In this document: positions 1 through 9,964 of the stretch, one piece after another
Layout: every line of letters starts with the position of its first letter
Position numbering within the stretch: the stretch's first letter is position 1
DNA from: an uncultured delta proteobacterium
Lineage (GTDB): Bacteria > Desulfobacterota > Binatia > HRBIN30 > BPIQ01
Length of the DNA stretch: 64,000 nucleotides
NCBI GenBank assembly: GCA_963761335.1
Contig: CAVXGR010000017.1
Location: forward strand, 224,001-288,000
Direction of reading: 5' to 3'
Program-made: the position numbers and the translations under genes
The notes under the pieces: generated by a model
The model's database searches: none
Seen by the model: the letters and a program-made list of their open reading frames with translations, nothing else
Told to the model about the DNA's origin: nothing

Positions 1-837
1 GCCCTCCTCGGCGTCGCTGGAGACGTTGTGACTCGTCCCCGACAGGGTGCCGCCGACCTCGAGGCGGCCGAAGATCGCCGGATCACGGCTCGGATACACG
101 GTGTCGAACCGGTTACCGAATACCAGCCGATTGAAGCCGACTGCTGGTGAGATCGCGGCGGCGCCCAGTTCGCGCCACCATTGCGGGTGCTCGCCGCCGG
201 ATTCGAGTAGCAGGTTGGCCATGCGGAAGAGCGGCTCACCGAAGAAGGTGCCACCGAAGGTGGTGAAGATCTGGTCGTTGACCGACGGGCGGTTGGTCTC
301 GCCGCCGATTTCCCACAGAAAGCTTCCGGCGCCGGCGTAGAGCAGCGATTCCCAGAAGTTCAGGCCGGTGGAGCGGGCGAGGGTGTAGTAGACCGTGCCG
401 CTGTACGGGTGCAGAAACTGGTTGGTGGCGAAGCGATCCGTGTCGACGACCCAGTCTTCCTTGCGGAAGTGGTCCCAGATGGTGCCGAAGTCGGTGCGGT
501 ACTGCCCCGGATCGGAGCCGAACTGTCGGTCGTACTGGTTGAGGAGGAGCAGGTAGCCGATGGTTTCGATTGCCGGGATCGCGTAGCTCTTTCCGGCTCC
601 GGTTTCCCAGCTCAGCGTCGAGTCCGCCTTTGGAGGCACGGTCGATGCCAGGGTGCCTGCGGGTGTTGGGGAGGCGTACGGGCGCGCGGTGCCGTCCGCC
701 GCTCCGGCGAGAGGGGGGCTGCCGGCCAGAACGACCAGAACGATCAGCGCCACCGTGCCGCGACACGTGCGGCCGTGCCGAGCAATCGTTGCTGAAGGGT
801 CGGGTGAGGCAGGCAAGGCTGTGCGGCAGAGGTACAT
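1..837 (-). CDS. DUF3943-domain secreted/outer-membrane protein (3' end runs off the window)
   Basis: Hand translation from ATG at 837 is open to base 1 (not in the ORF track). Hydrophobic N-terminal segment, then DRFATNQFLHPYSGTVYYTLARSTGLNFWES..SFLWEIGGETNRPSVNDQIFTTFGGTFFGEPLFR, the DUF3943 pattern. Start uncertain. Confidence 0.75.
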   Translation of the reverse strand, partial: MYLCRTALPASPDPSATIARHGRTCRGTVALIVLVVLAGSPPLAGAADGTARPYASPTPAGTLASTVPPKADSTLSWETGAGKSYAIPAIETIGYLLLLNQYDRQFGSDPGQYRTDFGTIWDHFRKEDWVVDTDRFATNQFLHPYSGTVYYTLARSTGLNFWESLLYAGAGSFLWEIGGETNRPSVNDQIFTTFGGTFFGEPLFRMANLLLESGGEHPQWWRELGAAAISPAVGFNRLVFGNRFDTVYPSRDPAIFGRLEVGGTLSGTSHNVSSDAEEG

Positions 838-974
838 GATCGGCAGATGCCCCGGCGAGGAGCGGCTTGCCCGTTTCGCACTCGCGGGCGTTCAGCGGCG
901 GTTGTCACGCGCCGCTCTTCCGCACATTGTCACGCCAAACTTCGGCGGGATCAATACGGGTCCCCAAACAAAAG

Positions 975-1024
975 GTAGAAGCACCGCCCCGGCACTTTGC
1001 GAAGCGGCGAGACGCCGCTTCTAC
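975..1024. repeat. Solo 50-bp GTAG-type REP/REPIN core
   Basis: GTAGAAGC...GAAGCGGCGAGACGCCGCTTCTAC; 46/50 identical to the core repeated three times at 17710-17957; ends GTAGAAGC/GCTTCTAC are inverted. Confidence 0.85.
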
Positions 1025-1037
1025 AAGGAGACACGGG

Positions 1038-2708
1038 CTAGCGGAGTCGCCGCCGCCGGCGCAAAGCCCAGCCCATCGCCAGCGCCAGCAGCGAGATCAT
1101 GGCCACGCCGCCTGCGGACCAGGGCGAGCTGACCAGTGGGATCGCCTGTGCCGCCTGGCCGACGCCGCTCAGATCGATCTGCTCGGTGCCGCCGTTGGTC
1201 TGGATCTCCAGCTGGCAGGTGAACGTTCCCGTCCCCGGCGGCGTGAAGGTGACCATCAGCGAGACCTGCTGGTTCGCCGTCAGGTTGATCGTCGTCGGCG
1301 ACACGCTGAAGCCGGTGCAGGGAGTCTGCGCGGTGCCGGTGAGCGTGCCGGTGCCGACGTTCTGAGCGACGTAGGTGAAGGTGGAGCTGCCGCCGCTGCT
1401 GACCGGTCCGAAGTTGTGCGGTTGCGGTGGCTGCACGTCGAGGACGGGCCCGCTGGTCGCGGTGATGCTGGGCGTCGCTGCTGCGGTGATGGTGGCGGAC
1501 GCCGTCGCCGTCGGGCTGGCGCTGCCGGTCGCAGTGGCCGTCGCCGTGATCGCCACCGTCTGCGTTGTCGTCGCCGTGCTCGTCGGAGTTGCCGTCACCG
1601 CCGCCGTCTGCGTCACCGTGGCCGCGCCGGTCTGCGTCGGCGTCGCCGCCGTTGTCTGTGTGGTCGTGGCAGCCGGCGTCTGGGTCACGGTCGCTGCCGA
1701 AGTCTGCGTGGCTGTCACCGCCGCGGTCTGCGTCTCCGTGCCGCTGGGCGTCATCGTCGGCGTCTCCGTCGGCGTCAGTGTGGGCGTCAATGACGGCGTC
1801 CAGGTCGGGGTGGCGCTCGCGGTCATGCTCGGCGTCGACGTCGGTGTCATCGTCGGTGTCGCCGTCGCCTCGCCGGTCGGCGTCCACGTCGGGGTGAAGG
1901 TCGGGGTCAAGCTCGGCGTGAAGGTGGGCGTCAAGCTGGGAGTCGTCGTCGGCGTTTCGGTCCCCACCCCAACAGGGGCGTACTGGCAGCCGTTCACCGG
2001 ATCGCAGCTGTCGGTGGTGCAGGGGTTGCCGTCGTCGCAGCTCAGGGCAATCGTCTCGCAGTTGCCGTTGGCGGGATTGCAGTCGAGCGTGCAGACGTTG
2101 TTGTCGCTGGTGCACTTCGGCTGTCCCGTGCAGACGCCGGTGTTGCAGGTCTCGTTGATGGTGCACGGGTTGAAATCGGTGCAGCTCAGGCCCTCGTTCT
2201 TCGGCGCCGGGAAGCAGAAGCCCGCCTGGCACGAGAAGGAGAGGCAGTCGAGGCTGATCCCCGTGTTGCACGGAGTATCGTTGGTCACTGGCGTGCCCAT
2301 GCACTGAGAGGGAAACGGTCCGATCGGTGCGGTGCAGGTGTCGTCGGTGGTGCACTCGTTGCCGTCGTCGCAGGAGACGCCGGACGTCGAGGTGTGGATG
2401 CAGCCGGTGTTGGAATCGCAGGAATCGGTGGTGCAGGGATTGCCGTCGTCGCAGTCGAGCGGGGTGGATACGCAGGTGCCGGTGCTCTCGTCGCAACCCT
2501 CGACGGTGCACAGATCGGCGTCCGGAGTGCAGATCACCGGCGTACCGACACAGTCCCCATCGACGCACATGTCGCCGGTGGTGCACAGCGACTGGTCGTT
2601 GCAGGAGATTCCCTGCGCCCGGACGAGCGCTGGCCAAGCGGCGGCGGCGACCAACACCCACAACCCCACTGCGATAACCAAACGATACCGATTTGCCATG
2701 ATCCCCAC
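1038..2708 (-). CDS. Secreted surface protein: Cys-rich CDDGNxCTxDxC repeats, Thr/Pro linker, Ig-like (ASH/choice-of-anchor D-like) domain, C-terminal sorting signal
   Basis: Signal peptide; repeated CDDGNPCTTDSCD; long TPT/TAT tract; HNFGPV..NVGTGTLTG..FTP..G..L..QTNG domain; ends IPLVSSPWSAGG-hydrophobic-RRRRR. Confidence 0.8.
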   Translation of the reverse strand: MGIMANRYRLVIAVGLWVLVAAAAWPALVRAQGISCNDQSLCTTGDMCVDGDCVGTPVICTPDADLCTVEGCDESTGTCVSTPLDCDDGNPCTTDSCDSNTGCIHTSTSGVSCDDGNECTTDDTCTAPIGPFPSQCMGTPVTNDTPCNTGISLDCLSFSCQAGFCFPAPKNEGLSCTDFNPCTINETCNTGVCTGQPKCTSDNNVCTLDCNPANGNCETIALSCDDGNPCTTDSCDPVNGCQYAPVGVGTETPTTTPSLTPTFTPSLTPTFTPTWTPTGEATATPTMTPTSTPSMTASATPTWTPSLTPTLTPTETPTMTPSGTETQTAAVTATQTSAATVTQTPAATTTQTTAATPTQTGAATVTQTAAVTATPTSTATTTQTVAITATATATGSASPTATASATITAAATPSITATSGPVLDVQPPQPHNFGPVSSGGSSTFTYVAQNVGTGTLTGTAQTPCTGFSVSPTTINLTANQQVSLMVTFTPPGTGTFTCQLEIQTNGGTEQIDLSGVGQAAQAIPLVSSPWSAGGVAMISLLALAMGWALRRRRRLR

Positions 2709-2939
2709 CTGCCCGATTCTGCGCAGCGACTGCGCCGAGACGCGGGGCAGAATAATCTTCCCCGCGCGGCAGTCAAGATGAAAGCGGCGCGCTGCGGCGG
2801 AAAAAGGGCGAGTTCTCGGGTTTCCGGGTCTGCGGGTTTGCGAATCTGCGACACGGCGCTGCGCCAGATCTGGCCGCCGCCCTCGCCTTGAGCGCCGTCG
2901 ATCTCGATCAGGCGACGGCGATGGCGCCGCCCTCGCTGC

Positions 2940-3641
2940 TCACAGGAGCTCTCGCAGCGAAGCGATGATGCGGTGCGGTCGCCCCGGGGCATCGGGTGGC
3001 AGGCCGCGGCGGCGACTGTCCATCCACACGGTATAGAGCCCGAGCTGCTGCGGCGCGATCACTTCCCAATGGAGATTGTCGCCGACCATCCAGGTGTCGG
3101 CCGGGGTTGACCCCAGAGACGCCATCGCCGTGCGGTAGGCGCGCGGATCCGGCTTGCCGTAGCCGAGCTCGCCCTCGACGAAGATGCCGTCGAAGAGAGG
3201 CGCGAGGCTGAAGCGCTCGATCTTGGCGCGCTGTACCGGCCCGGCGCCGTTGGTGAGCAGCGCCGTGCGCACGCCGCGGGCGCGGAGCACCTCGAGCGTC
3301 TCCACGGCGTCCGGAAAAAGGCACATGCAGGCGTCGCGACGGTCGCTGTAGCCGTCGGCGATCCGGGCGGCCAGCTCGGCGGAGTCTTGGCCGAGCTCGG
3401 CGAGGGCATCGGCGACGACGCGGCGCCGGGCGGCGCGCAGCTCGAGCCGGCCGCTGCGGTGGCGTTCGGCATCGCTCCAGAACCACCTCCGCCTCCTCTC
3501 GACGATCTCGAACAGCGCCTCGCCGTCGATGCCGCGCTCCGCCGCCGCCCCGACGCACAGCTCGCGCCACAGCGGCGCCGGATCGCCGCCGCAGTCGATG
3601 ATGGTATCGTCGAGGTCGAAGAGGATGGCCCCGGGAGTCAC
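2940..3641 (-). CDS. HAD-superfamily hydrolase (YjjG/YfnB-like)
   Basis: Motifs FDLDDT, LLTNG, GKPDP, MVGDN. Confidence 0.9.
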   Translation of the reverse strand: MTPGAILFDLDDTIIDCGGDPAPLWRELCVGAAAERGIDGEALFEIVERRRRWFWSDAERHRSGRLELRAARRRVVADALAELGQDSAELAARIADGYSDRRDACMCLFPDAVETLEVLRARGVRTALLTNGAGPVQRAKIERFSLAPLFDGIFVEGELGYGKPDPRAYRTAMASLGSTPADTWMVGDNLHWEVIAPQQLGLYTVWMDSRRRGLPPDAPGRPHRIIASLRELL

Positions 3642-3687
3642 CCGGGCATCATTTCAGAGACGCGAGTCGGGGACAACGTCGGCCCCT

Positions 3688-4827
3688 TCACACGCCGAAG
3701 ATGCTGCCGCTGCCGGGAACGAATCGGTACTTCTCCCGAAGCTCTGCCGTCAGGCGAATGCCCAGCCCCGCGGTCGTCGGCGGCTGCACATGGCCGTCGC
3801 GAATGACGAGGGGCTCGACGAACAGCTCGGACTCGAGCGGGTTGCCGAGAACGGGGTGCTCGACCCAGATGCAGTTGGGCGTGGCGAAGGCCAGATGGAT
3901 GTTGGCGGCCAGTGTCGGTGCCGATCCCCAGATGTGCACGGCCACCGGTAGGCTTCGCAGAGCCGCGGCCTCGCAGACGCGTCGGGCCTCGCCGATGCCG
4001 CCGGCAATCGTCGCGTCCGGCTGTACCAGATCGAAGGCCCCGGCGCGCAGCCACTGCTCGAACTGCGCCGCCGTGGTCAGCCCCTCTCCGCCGGAGATCG
4101 GCGTCGAGGTGGCGCGCCGCAGCTCCGCGTACGGCTGGGGATCGAAGGGCGGCAGCATCTCCTCGGCCCACGCCAGATTGAAGGGCTCGAGCTGCCGCAG
4201 CATGTGGGCGGCTTCCTTCACCGACCAAGGCCTCGGGTTGTAGTTCTGCACCGCGTCGATGGCGAGAGCCATGTCGCCGCCGAGTGTCTCGCGCACGGCT
4301 GCCACCCGCTCGGCCTCCACCTCGGGCTGATAGCGAAAGAAATTGGCGCGCATCTTGAACCCGCGAAGGCTGCGGCGTTGCGTCTCTGCCGCCTGAGCGA
4401 CCAGCTCGGCAATGGTCATGGTGAACGGCCCGCCGCTCCCGTACACCGGCAGCTCGTCGTGCACCGCGCCGCCGAGCAGTGCATGGACCGGCACACCCTG
4501 AGCCTGCCCGGTGATATCCCAGAGCGCGTTCTCGATGGCGCTCAACACCATCACCGTGAGACCGGTGCGGCCGAAGTAGCTGGTTGCCCGGTAGGCGGTG
4601 CGGTAAACCGCTTCGCGATTCGTCGGGTCCTGCCCCAAGACGAGTGGCTTGAAGAGCCCGACGATCGACGCCGCAATCTCGGGCACGTAGACGCCCGCGT
4701 AGGTCTCGCCGATTCCTGTGATTCCGGCGTCGGTCTCCACCTCCACGAAGCAGGCGCTGCGCTGCCCCTGCGGCTCAGTGCCGTACGGGTGCGTCAGCAG
4801 TACCGGTCGGACATCCGTAATTCTCAT
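3688..4827 (-). CDS. Mandelate racemase/muconate lactonizing enzyme family (probable sugar-acid dehydratase)
   Basis: VETDAGITGIGE, SAIENALWDI.G, metal ligands D/E/E (AIDA, WAEE, GGE), QPD, catalytic H (AVH). Confidence 0.9.
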   Translation of the reverse strand: MRITDVRPVLLTHPYGTEPQGQRSACFVEVETDAGITGIGETYAGVYVPEIAASIVGLFKPLVLGQDPTNREAVYRTAYRATSYFGRTGLTVMVLSAIENALWDITGQAQGVPVHALLGGAVHDELPVYGSGGPFTMTIAELVAQAAETQRRSLRGFKMRANFFRYQPEVEAERVAAVRETLGGDMALAIDAVQNYNPRPWSVKEAAHMLRQLEPFNLAWAEEMLPPFDPQPYAELRRATSTPISGGEGLTTAAQFEQWLRAGAFDLVQPDATIAGGIGEARRVCEAAALRSLPVAVHIWGSAPTLAANIHLAFATPNCIWVEHPVLGNPLESELFVEPLVIRDGHVQPPTTAGLGIRLTAELREKYRFVPGSGSIFGV

Positions 4828-4949
4828 CGCGTCTCCACCTGGGCCCATGATGCTTCCGAGGAGAGGGCAACCTCAAGCCGGCCGGGCCGGGAGTCCGCGA
4901 GGCGCCGGCTGGGGCGACTGAGCCTCCGCACCGCGGCGGTCCGCCGCCC

Positions 4950-5948
4950 TCAGCTGAGGAAGTTCCACTTGGCCATGGCCCAGAGGTCGCGCGGCTGGTC
5001 GCCGAGCTTGCGCACGACCGAGGCCTCGAAGCCGGAGTGCATGAGGCAGTTCTGGCAGCGCGGGTCGCGGCGCGACTCCCAGTAGCTCCAGTCGACGCCG
5101 TTCCAGAACTCCTTCCAGGAGGGGTAGTAGCCGTCCTCGATGAGATAGCACGGCGCCTTCCAGCCCTTCGGCGTGCGCGTCGGATTGCCCCACGGGGTGC
5201 ACGGGTAGTCGCGCTCGCCGGCGGCGAACTGCAGGAACATCGGCGTCGAGTACAGCCGGTACCTGCGGGAGAGCTCGAGAACCCGCTTGAACTTCTGGTG
5301 CACCTCGTCGCGGAAGAGGAAATGGTTCTCCTTGATCGATTCGTAGTGGTACCCGGGCGAGATCAGCATGCCGTCGACGCCGACGCCCTGCAGGTATGCG
5401 AAAAGCTCCTCGACCTCGTTCATGTCGGTCTCGCGGTAGATGGTGGTGTTCGTGCACACCGTGTAGCCGAGGCGCTTGCCCTCGCGGATCATGTCGACCG
5501 CCTTGTCGAAGACGCCTTGGCGCGCCGTCACCAGGTCGTGGGTCTTCTGCATGCCGTCGAGATGGACGTTGATCGAGAGGCGCTTGTGCGGCTTGCCCTT
5601 CCGGTAGAAGCGGTCGAGGAGCAGGCCGTTGGTGCACAGGTAGATGTGCCGCCTGCGCGCGATGATGCCGTCGATCAGCTCCGGCAGCTCCGGGTAGATG
5701 GTGGGTTCGCCGCCGCAGATGGAGACCACCGGGGTGCCCGAGTCGTCCACCGCCGCCAGGCAGTCGGCGAGCGAGAGGCGGTCCTTGAGATCGCCGTTGT
5801 AGCGCTCCGGCGAGCAGCCGATGCAAGCGAGATTACAGGTGTGCAGCGGCTCGAGCATGAGCACGTACGGATAGCGTTGGTTGCCGCGCCACCAGTTCTT
5901 CAGCTGCCACTTCATCATGTCGGTGGCGATATGGACGGGGAATCTCAT
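4950..5948 (-). CDS. hpnH: Adenosyl-hopene transferase HpnH (radical SAM)
   Basis: YPYVLMLEPLHTCNLACIGC, SICGGEP, CTPWGNPT, CLMHSGFE; lies in hopanoid cluster. Confidence 0.92.
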   Translation of the reverse strand: MRFPVHIATDMMKWQLKNWWRGNQRYPYVLMLEPLHTCNLACIGCSPERYNGDLKDRLSLADCLAAVDDSGTPVVSICGGEPTIYPELPELIDGIIARRRHIYLCTNGLLLDRFYRKGKPHKRLSINVHLDGMQKTHDLVTARQGVFDKAVDMIREGKRLGYTVCTNTTIYRETDMNEVEELFAYLQGVGVDGMLISPGYHYESIKENHFLFRDEVHQKFKRVLELSRRYRLYSTPMFLQFAAGERDYPCTPWGNPTRTPKGWKAPCYLIEDGYYPSWKEFWNGVDWSYWESRRDPRCQNCLMHSGFEASVVRKLGDQPRDLWAMAKWNFLS

Positions 5949-5987
5949 GTTACCTCCACTGGGGGGTGGCGGCGCGCCGGCACCGCA

Positions 5988-6716
5988 TCAGGTCGAAAGC
6001 CATGACTCGTGAAAACGCTCGAGAGTGAGGCGGGCTGCGGCCATCATGCGCTGCAGGCCCACGAGAGTGCCGAGGGTGCGCGGCTGGGTGAGCAGCTGCC
6101 GCGCCAGGGCGGCCGGGCGGACACTGCCTGTCTGCGGATCGATCAGGTCGGGAAGCTCGGCTTCCGCCGTGTCGAGCACGGCGCGCACCGCGAAGAAGCG
6201 CGCCCCGTGCACCTCGGCCGCCGCGGCGATCGCGGCGCTCTCCATGTCGACGCCGATGGCGCCGCAGCTCTGCCGCGCCAGCCGCTTGGCCTCGGCAGTG
6301 GTGAGCGCCAGCTCGCTGCACAGCAGCGTGCCCGGGACGGTGCGAAGCCGGGCGCGCTCTGCCGCTCGGCAGGCCCGTTCGAGATCGGCGACGCTGGAGA
6401 AGTAGCGCTCGCCGTTGCCGTTCGAGGTCGAGGCGGGCAGCATCAGGTCTCCCGGAGAGAGCTCGGCAGCGAGAGCGCCGGCGCAGCCGCTGGAGACGAA
6501 GATCTGGAATGGGCCCGCGGCGCCGACCAGGCGAGCCACCTCCGCGGCGCGCCGCCCGCCGACGCCGGTCTTGACCACCCATACCTCGGCGCCGTTCGCG
6601 GCTTGTCCGGCCCAGATCGTGGCGGCGCCGAGACGGCGTCGGCGCACCTGGCGCAGGCAGCGGCGCGCCGCTGCGGCTTCCCAGCGCAGGGCGGCGAAGA
6701 TGGCGATGCGGTCCAC
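5988..6716 (-). CDS. hpnG: Hopanoid-associated nucleoside phosphorylase HpnG
   Basis: PNP/UDP phosphorylase motifs TGVG, SGCAGAL, VDMESAA, AVRAVLD; next to hpnH. Confidence 0.8.
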   Translation of the reverse strand: MDRIAIFAALRWEAAAARRCLRQVRRRRLGAATIWAGQAANGAEVWVVKTGVGGRRAAEVARLVGAAGPFQIFVSSGCAGALAAELSPGDLMLPASTSNGNGERYFSSVADLERACRAAERARLRTVPGTLLCSELALTTAEAKRLARQSCGAIGVDMESAAIAAAAEVHGARFFAVRAVLDTAEAELPDLIDPQTGSVRPAALARQLLTQPRTLGTLVGLQRMMAAARLTLERFHESWLST

Positions 6717-6767
6717 AATGCGCCCATCCTAGTCGGTCTCGCGGTCGTGGCGAAAGACCCGCATCCC

Positions 6768-8135
6768 TCAAGCTCCCAGGCGTGCCGCGGCGAGGGTGGC
6801 GGCGCGCCGGCCACTGAGCACGGCGCTCTCGATGGTGGCCGGCAGGCCCGTGTGCGTCCAGTCCCCGGCGAGAAAGAAGCGATCGAGCGGCGTCTCGGCG
6901 GCGGGGCGGCGGCGCTCGTTGGCCGGCGTCGGCGACATGGTCGCGTGCTTCTCCTTGACGACCACCGAGCGCAAGGGTTGCGCCGCGGCGGAGGCCGGGA
7001 ACGCCTTCCGCAGGTCCCCGGCGACCAGCGCGGCGAGCTCACGGGGATCGCGGTCGACGACGTCGTAGCCGGCGCTGATCACGGCGCTGACGCAGAAGGC
7101 GTTCCCGGTTGCCGCGGTCGCGATCCCCGCGCCTCCCGCCGTCAGGCGGGTGCGGTTGAACACCCACTGTGCGGTCGTGCCCACGAGGCCGACGAAGTCC
7201 CCCGGAAAGAGCGGGCGATCGTACCACGAATGCACGGACACGATCGGTGACGAGGTGATCTCCGCGGCGCTGCGCAGCAGCGGATGGTCGCGCAGCGGCA
7301 GCGGTAGCAGGGCCCCGAGCGCCCGCGGCGGCACGGCGCTGATGACCGCGTCGGCCTCGATGTGGCGGCCGTCGCGCAGGTGCACGTGTAGAGGCGCGCC
7401 GCCGTTGACCGCAACCGCGGCGACCGCGGCGCGGGTCAGCACCTCGCCGCCGCGGCTCTCGATGCAACGGCGCGCGTCGCCGGTGTAGAGGTCGCTGAGC
7501 CCGACGCGGGGCAGGACGAACTGCGAGGCGCGCCGGGAGGCGAAGAACGCCTGCGCCAGGACCTCGGCAAAGGGTGCGGCGGCGGCGCGCGCCGGGAGCT
7601 CGTTGAGGGTCGCCACCGCGACCGGGTACCAGAAGCGCCTGCGGGCGTTCTCCGACTGGCCGAGATGCACGAGAATCTGCTCGACCGTCCACTCCCGTAG
7701 CCGCGGGTCGCCGCGTCGCCGCAGCCCCATCAGCCGCGCCCCGCCGAGGAGCGCCAGCCAGCGCTCGCGGGGCGTCAGCAGGCGATAGCCGAGAATGCCG
7801 CTCAACATGTGCAGCGGGCTCGGCAGCCCGGAGCAGGCGATGGCGCCAGGCCCCACTGCGGTGTCGACCATGTCCACGTGGAGGCGCGGCTGGCGCATCA
7901 GCTTGTCGCCGGCGCCGATGTCATCGAGGAAGGCGAGGGTGTGGCGGTAGCAGCCCATCATGGCGTGCTGGCCGTTGTCGACCGTCTCGCCGGTGGCCTC
8001 GTCGGTGAACGAGTAGGCGCGGCCGCCGAGACGCGGGCGGCCCTCCAGGAGCGCGACGCGCAGCCCGCGCCCGGCCAGCGCCACTCCCGCGGAGAGCCCG
8101 GCGAAGCCGCCGCCGATGACGGCCACCGTCTTCAT
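6768..8135 (-). CDS. hpnE: Hydroxysqualene dehydroxylase HpnE
   Basis: Real start is MKTVAVIGGGFAG inside the long ORF; LGGRAYSF, VDNGQH, FLAGDWTHTGLPATIESAVLSG. Confidence 0.93.
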   Translation of the reverse strand: MKTVAVIGGGFAGLSAGVALAGRGLRVALLEGRPRLGGRAYSFTDEATGETVDNGQHAMMGCYRHTLAFLDDIGAGDKLMRQPRLHVDMVDTAVGPGAIACSGLPSPLHMLSGILGYRLLTPRERWLALLGGARLMGLRRRGDPRLREWTVEQILVHLGQSENARRRFWYPVAVATLNELPARAAAAPFAEVLAQAFFASRRASQFVLPRVGLSDLYTGDARRCIESRGGEVLTRAAVAAVAVNGGAPLHVHLRDGRHIEADAVISAVPPRALGALLPLPLRDHPLLRSAAEITSSPIVSVHSWYDRPLFPGDFVGLVGTTAQWVFNRTRLTAGGAGIATAATGNAFCVSAVISAGYDVVDRDPRELAALVAGDLRKAFPASAAAQPLRSVVVKEKHATMSPTPANERRRPAAETPLDRFFLAGDWTHTGLPATIESAVLSGRRAATLAAARLGA

Positions 8136-9004
8136 GCGCTCAGCGCCGCCAGGTGCGAGCGGCCCCACGCGGCCAGTGCCAGGGTCAGCTTCTCGTAGCG
8201 CGGCAGGGTCACCTTGGGGCCGAAGACGTCGAAGCGACGCGCCTCGATGCGGTCCAGCAGCCGCTCGTAGATCAGGCGCATCGCCTCCGCCGGTGCCAAC
8301 GCGGCGCGGTCGTCGTCGGCGAGCGCGCCACGGGCGCGCAGATAGTAGGCGCGCGCCCGGCCGCACTCGAAGGCCATCAGCGCCCCGACCCGCGGCGAGT
8401 AGCGGCCGCCCAGCAGATCCTCTTCGCTGCACTCGAAGTCGCGCAGGTCTTCGAGCGGCAGATAGATGCGCCCGCGGCTGGCGTCCTCCATGACGTCGCG
8501 CAGGATGTTGGTCATCTGGAAGGCGAGGCCGAGGTCGACGGCGTAGTCGCGCGCCGTCGCCTGGTGGTAGCCGAAGATCTCGATGCACAGGAGACCCACG
8601 GTGGAGGCCACCAGGTAGCAGTACTCGTGCAGCTCGTCGAAGCTGGCATAGCGGTGGTGCGACAGATCCATCTCGACACCGCGGATCAGATCGAGGAAGT
8701 GCCTCTGCGGCAGCGAGAAGCGCTGAGCCGCGTCGGCGAGCGCCAAGCTGATCGGGTGACCCGGCGCGCCGCCGTACACGCATTCCACCTCGTTGCGCCA
8801 GCGCTCGAGAAGAGTCGCGGGGTCGCGGCGGTCGCCGTCGTCGGCGATGTCGTCGACGAAACGGCAGAAGGCGTACACGGCAAAGAGGGCCTCGCGCCGC
8901 TCGGCCGGCAACAGCCGGAAGGCGTAGTAGAAGTTGCTGGAGCTGCGGCGCGTGACTTCCTGGCAGTACGCGTAAGCATGACGCAGAGCGACGTCGTGGC
9001 TCAT
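8132..9004 (-). CDS. hpnD: Presqualene diphosphate synthase HpnD
   Basis: SSSNFYYAF, YAFCRFVDDIAD, YCYLVASTVG, QMTNILRDVMED..RGRIYLP. Confidence 0.92.
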   Translation of the reverse strand: MSHDVALRHAYAYCQEVTRRSSSNFYYAFRLLPAERREALFAVYAFCRFVDDIADDGDRRDPATLLERWRNEVECVYGGAPGHPISLALADAAQRFSLPQRHFLDLIRGVEMDLSHHRYASFDELHEYCYLVASTVGLLCIEIFGYHQATARDYAVDLGLAFQMTNILRDVMEDASRGRIYLPLEDLRDFECSEEDLLGGRYSPRVGALMAFECGRARAYYLRARGALADDDRAALAPAEAMRLIYERLLDRIEARRFDVFGPKVTLPRYEKLTLALAAWGRSHLAALSA

Positions 9005-9960
9005 GGCTCACCCTCGGCATTCGCCGTCGCCGCTCTCGCCGCGGCGGCACCGATGCGGCGCCGCCCCGCAAGCAGGGCGCGCAACACCAGGTTGGCCTTC
9101 CCCCATCTCGACAGTGTCGGACGGCGGGAGAAGACATCGTAATCGGCGGACTCGATGGCGGCGAGGATGGCGAGCCCTCCCCAGGCGAAGAGCCGCACCT
9201 CGCGCCCCAGACGGCGGTCGACGACGTCGGCCAGCGCCAGGCCGCGGCACAGCAGCGAGCGCGCCCGGGCCACCTCGAACTCCATGAGGCGCCGCAGTTG
9301 CGTTGTGACCACACCGCCGAGGAGGTCGCCGGCGGCGCAACCGTAGCCCTCCAGGTCCTCGGCCGGTACGTAGATGCGCCCGCGGCGCGCGTCGATCGCC
9401 GCGTCCTGCCAGAAGTTCGCCAGCTGCAAACCGCTGCAGACGTCGTCCGCGAGGCGCTGCCTTTCGGCATCGCCATAGCCGAAGAGCTGCAGCACGAGGC
9501 GCCCCACGGGGTTCGCCGAGCAGCGGCAGTAGTCGAGGGCGTCGGCGAAGGTGGCGAAGGGAGTGAACTCGACGTCGGCGCGAAAGGCCTGGAGCAGGTC
9601 GCGGAAGGGACGGTCGGGGAGGCCGAAGGCGGTGATGGTGTCCTGCAGAGCGATGAACACCGGCTCCTGGCTGCGGCCGCGGCAGCATTCGTCGAGCTGC
9701 GCCTCCCACCAATCGAGGCGCAGCAGACGCTCGGCGGCCGGCAGATCGCCCTCGTCGGCGATGTCGTCCGCGGTACGGGCGAAGGCGTAGATTGCGGCGA
9801 TGTGCCGCCGCAGTCGGCGCGGCAACAGCCACGAGCCGAGGGTGAAGTTCTCATAGTGTCCCGTGGCGATCTGCCAGCAGTGCTGGTAGGCCGCGGCGAT
9901 CTCCGCTGCCGGGCGCGGCGGTGCGACGCGAGAAGCCGGGATGGGCGTTGGCGCGTTCAT
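9001..9960 (-). CDS. hpnC: Hydroxysqualene synthase HpnC
   Basis: HYENFTLGSWLLP, YAFARTADDIADE, YCRCSANPVGRLVL, LQLANFWQD. Confidence 0.93.
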   Translation of the reverse strand: MNAPTPIPASRVAPPRPAAEIAAAYQHCWQIATGHYENFTLGSWLLPRRLRRHIAAIYAFARTADDIADEGDLPAAERLLRLDWWEAQLDECCRGRSQEPVFIALQDTITAFGLPDRPFRDLLQAFRADVEFTPFATFADALDYCRCSANPVGRLVLQLFGYGDAERQRLADDVCSGLQLANFWQDAAIDARRGRIYVPAEDLEGYGCAAGDLLGGVVTTQLRRLMEFEVARARSLLCRGLALADVVDRRLGREVRLFAWGGLAILAAIESADYDVFSRRPTLSRWGKANLVLRALLAGRRRIGAAAARAATANAEGEP

Positions 9961-9964
9961 CGGC

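Noticed and set aside
1480..1960. DNA repeat element within the surface protein gene
   Set aside because: Explained by low-complexity Thr/Pro/Ala coding sequence
6768..9854. 1028-aa ORF as an HpnE fusion
   Set aside because: The upstream part is an alternate frame of hpnC/hpnD; HpnE starts at 8135
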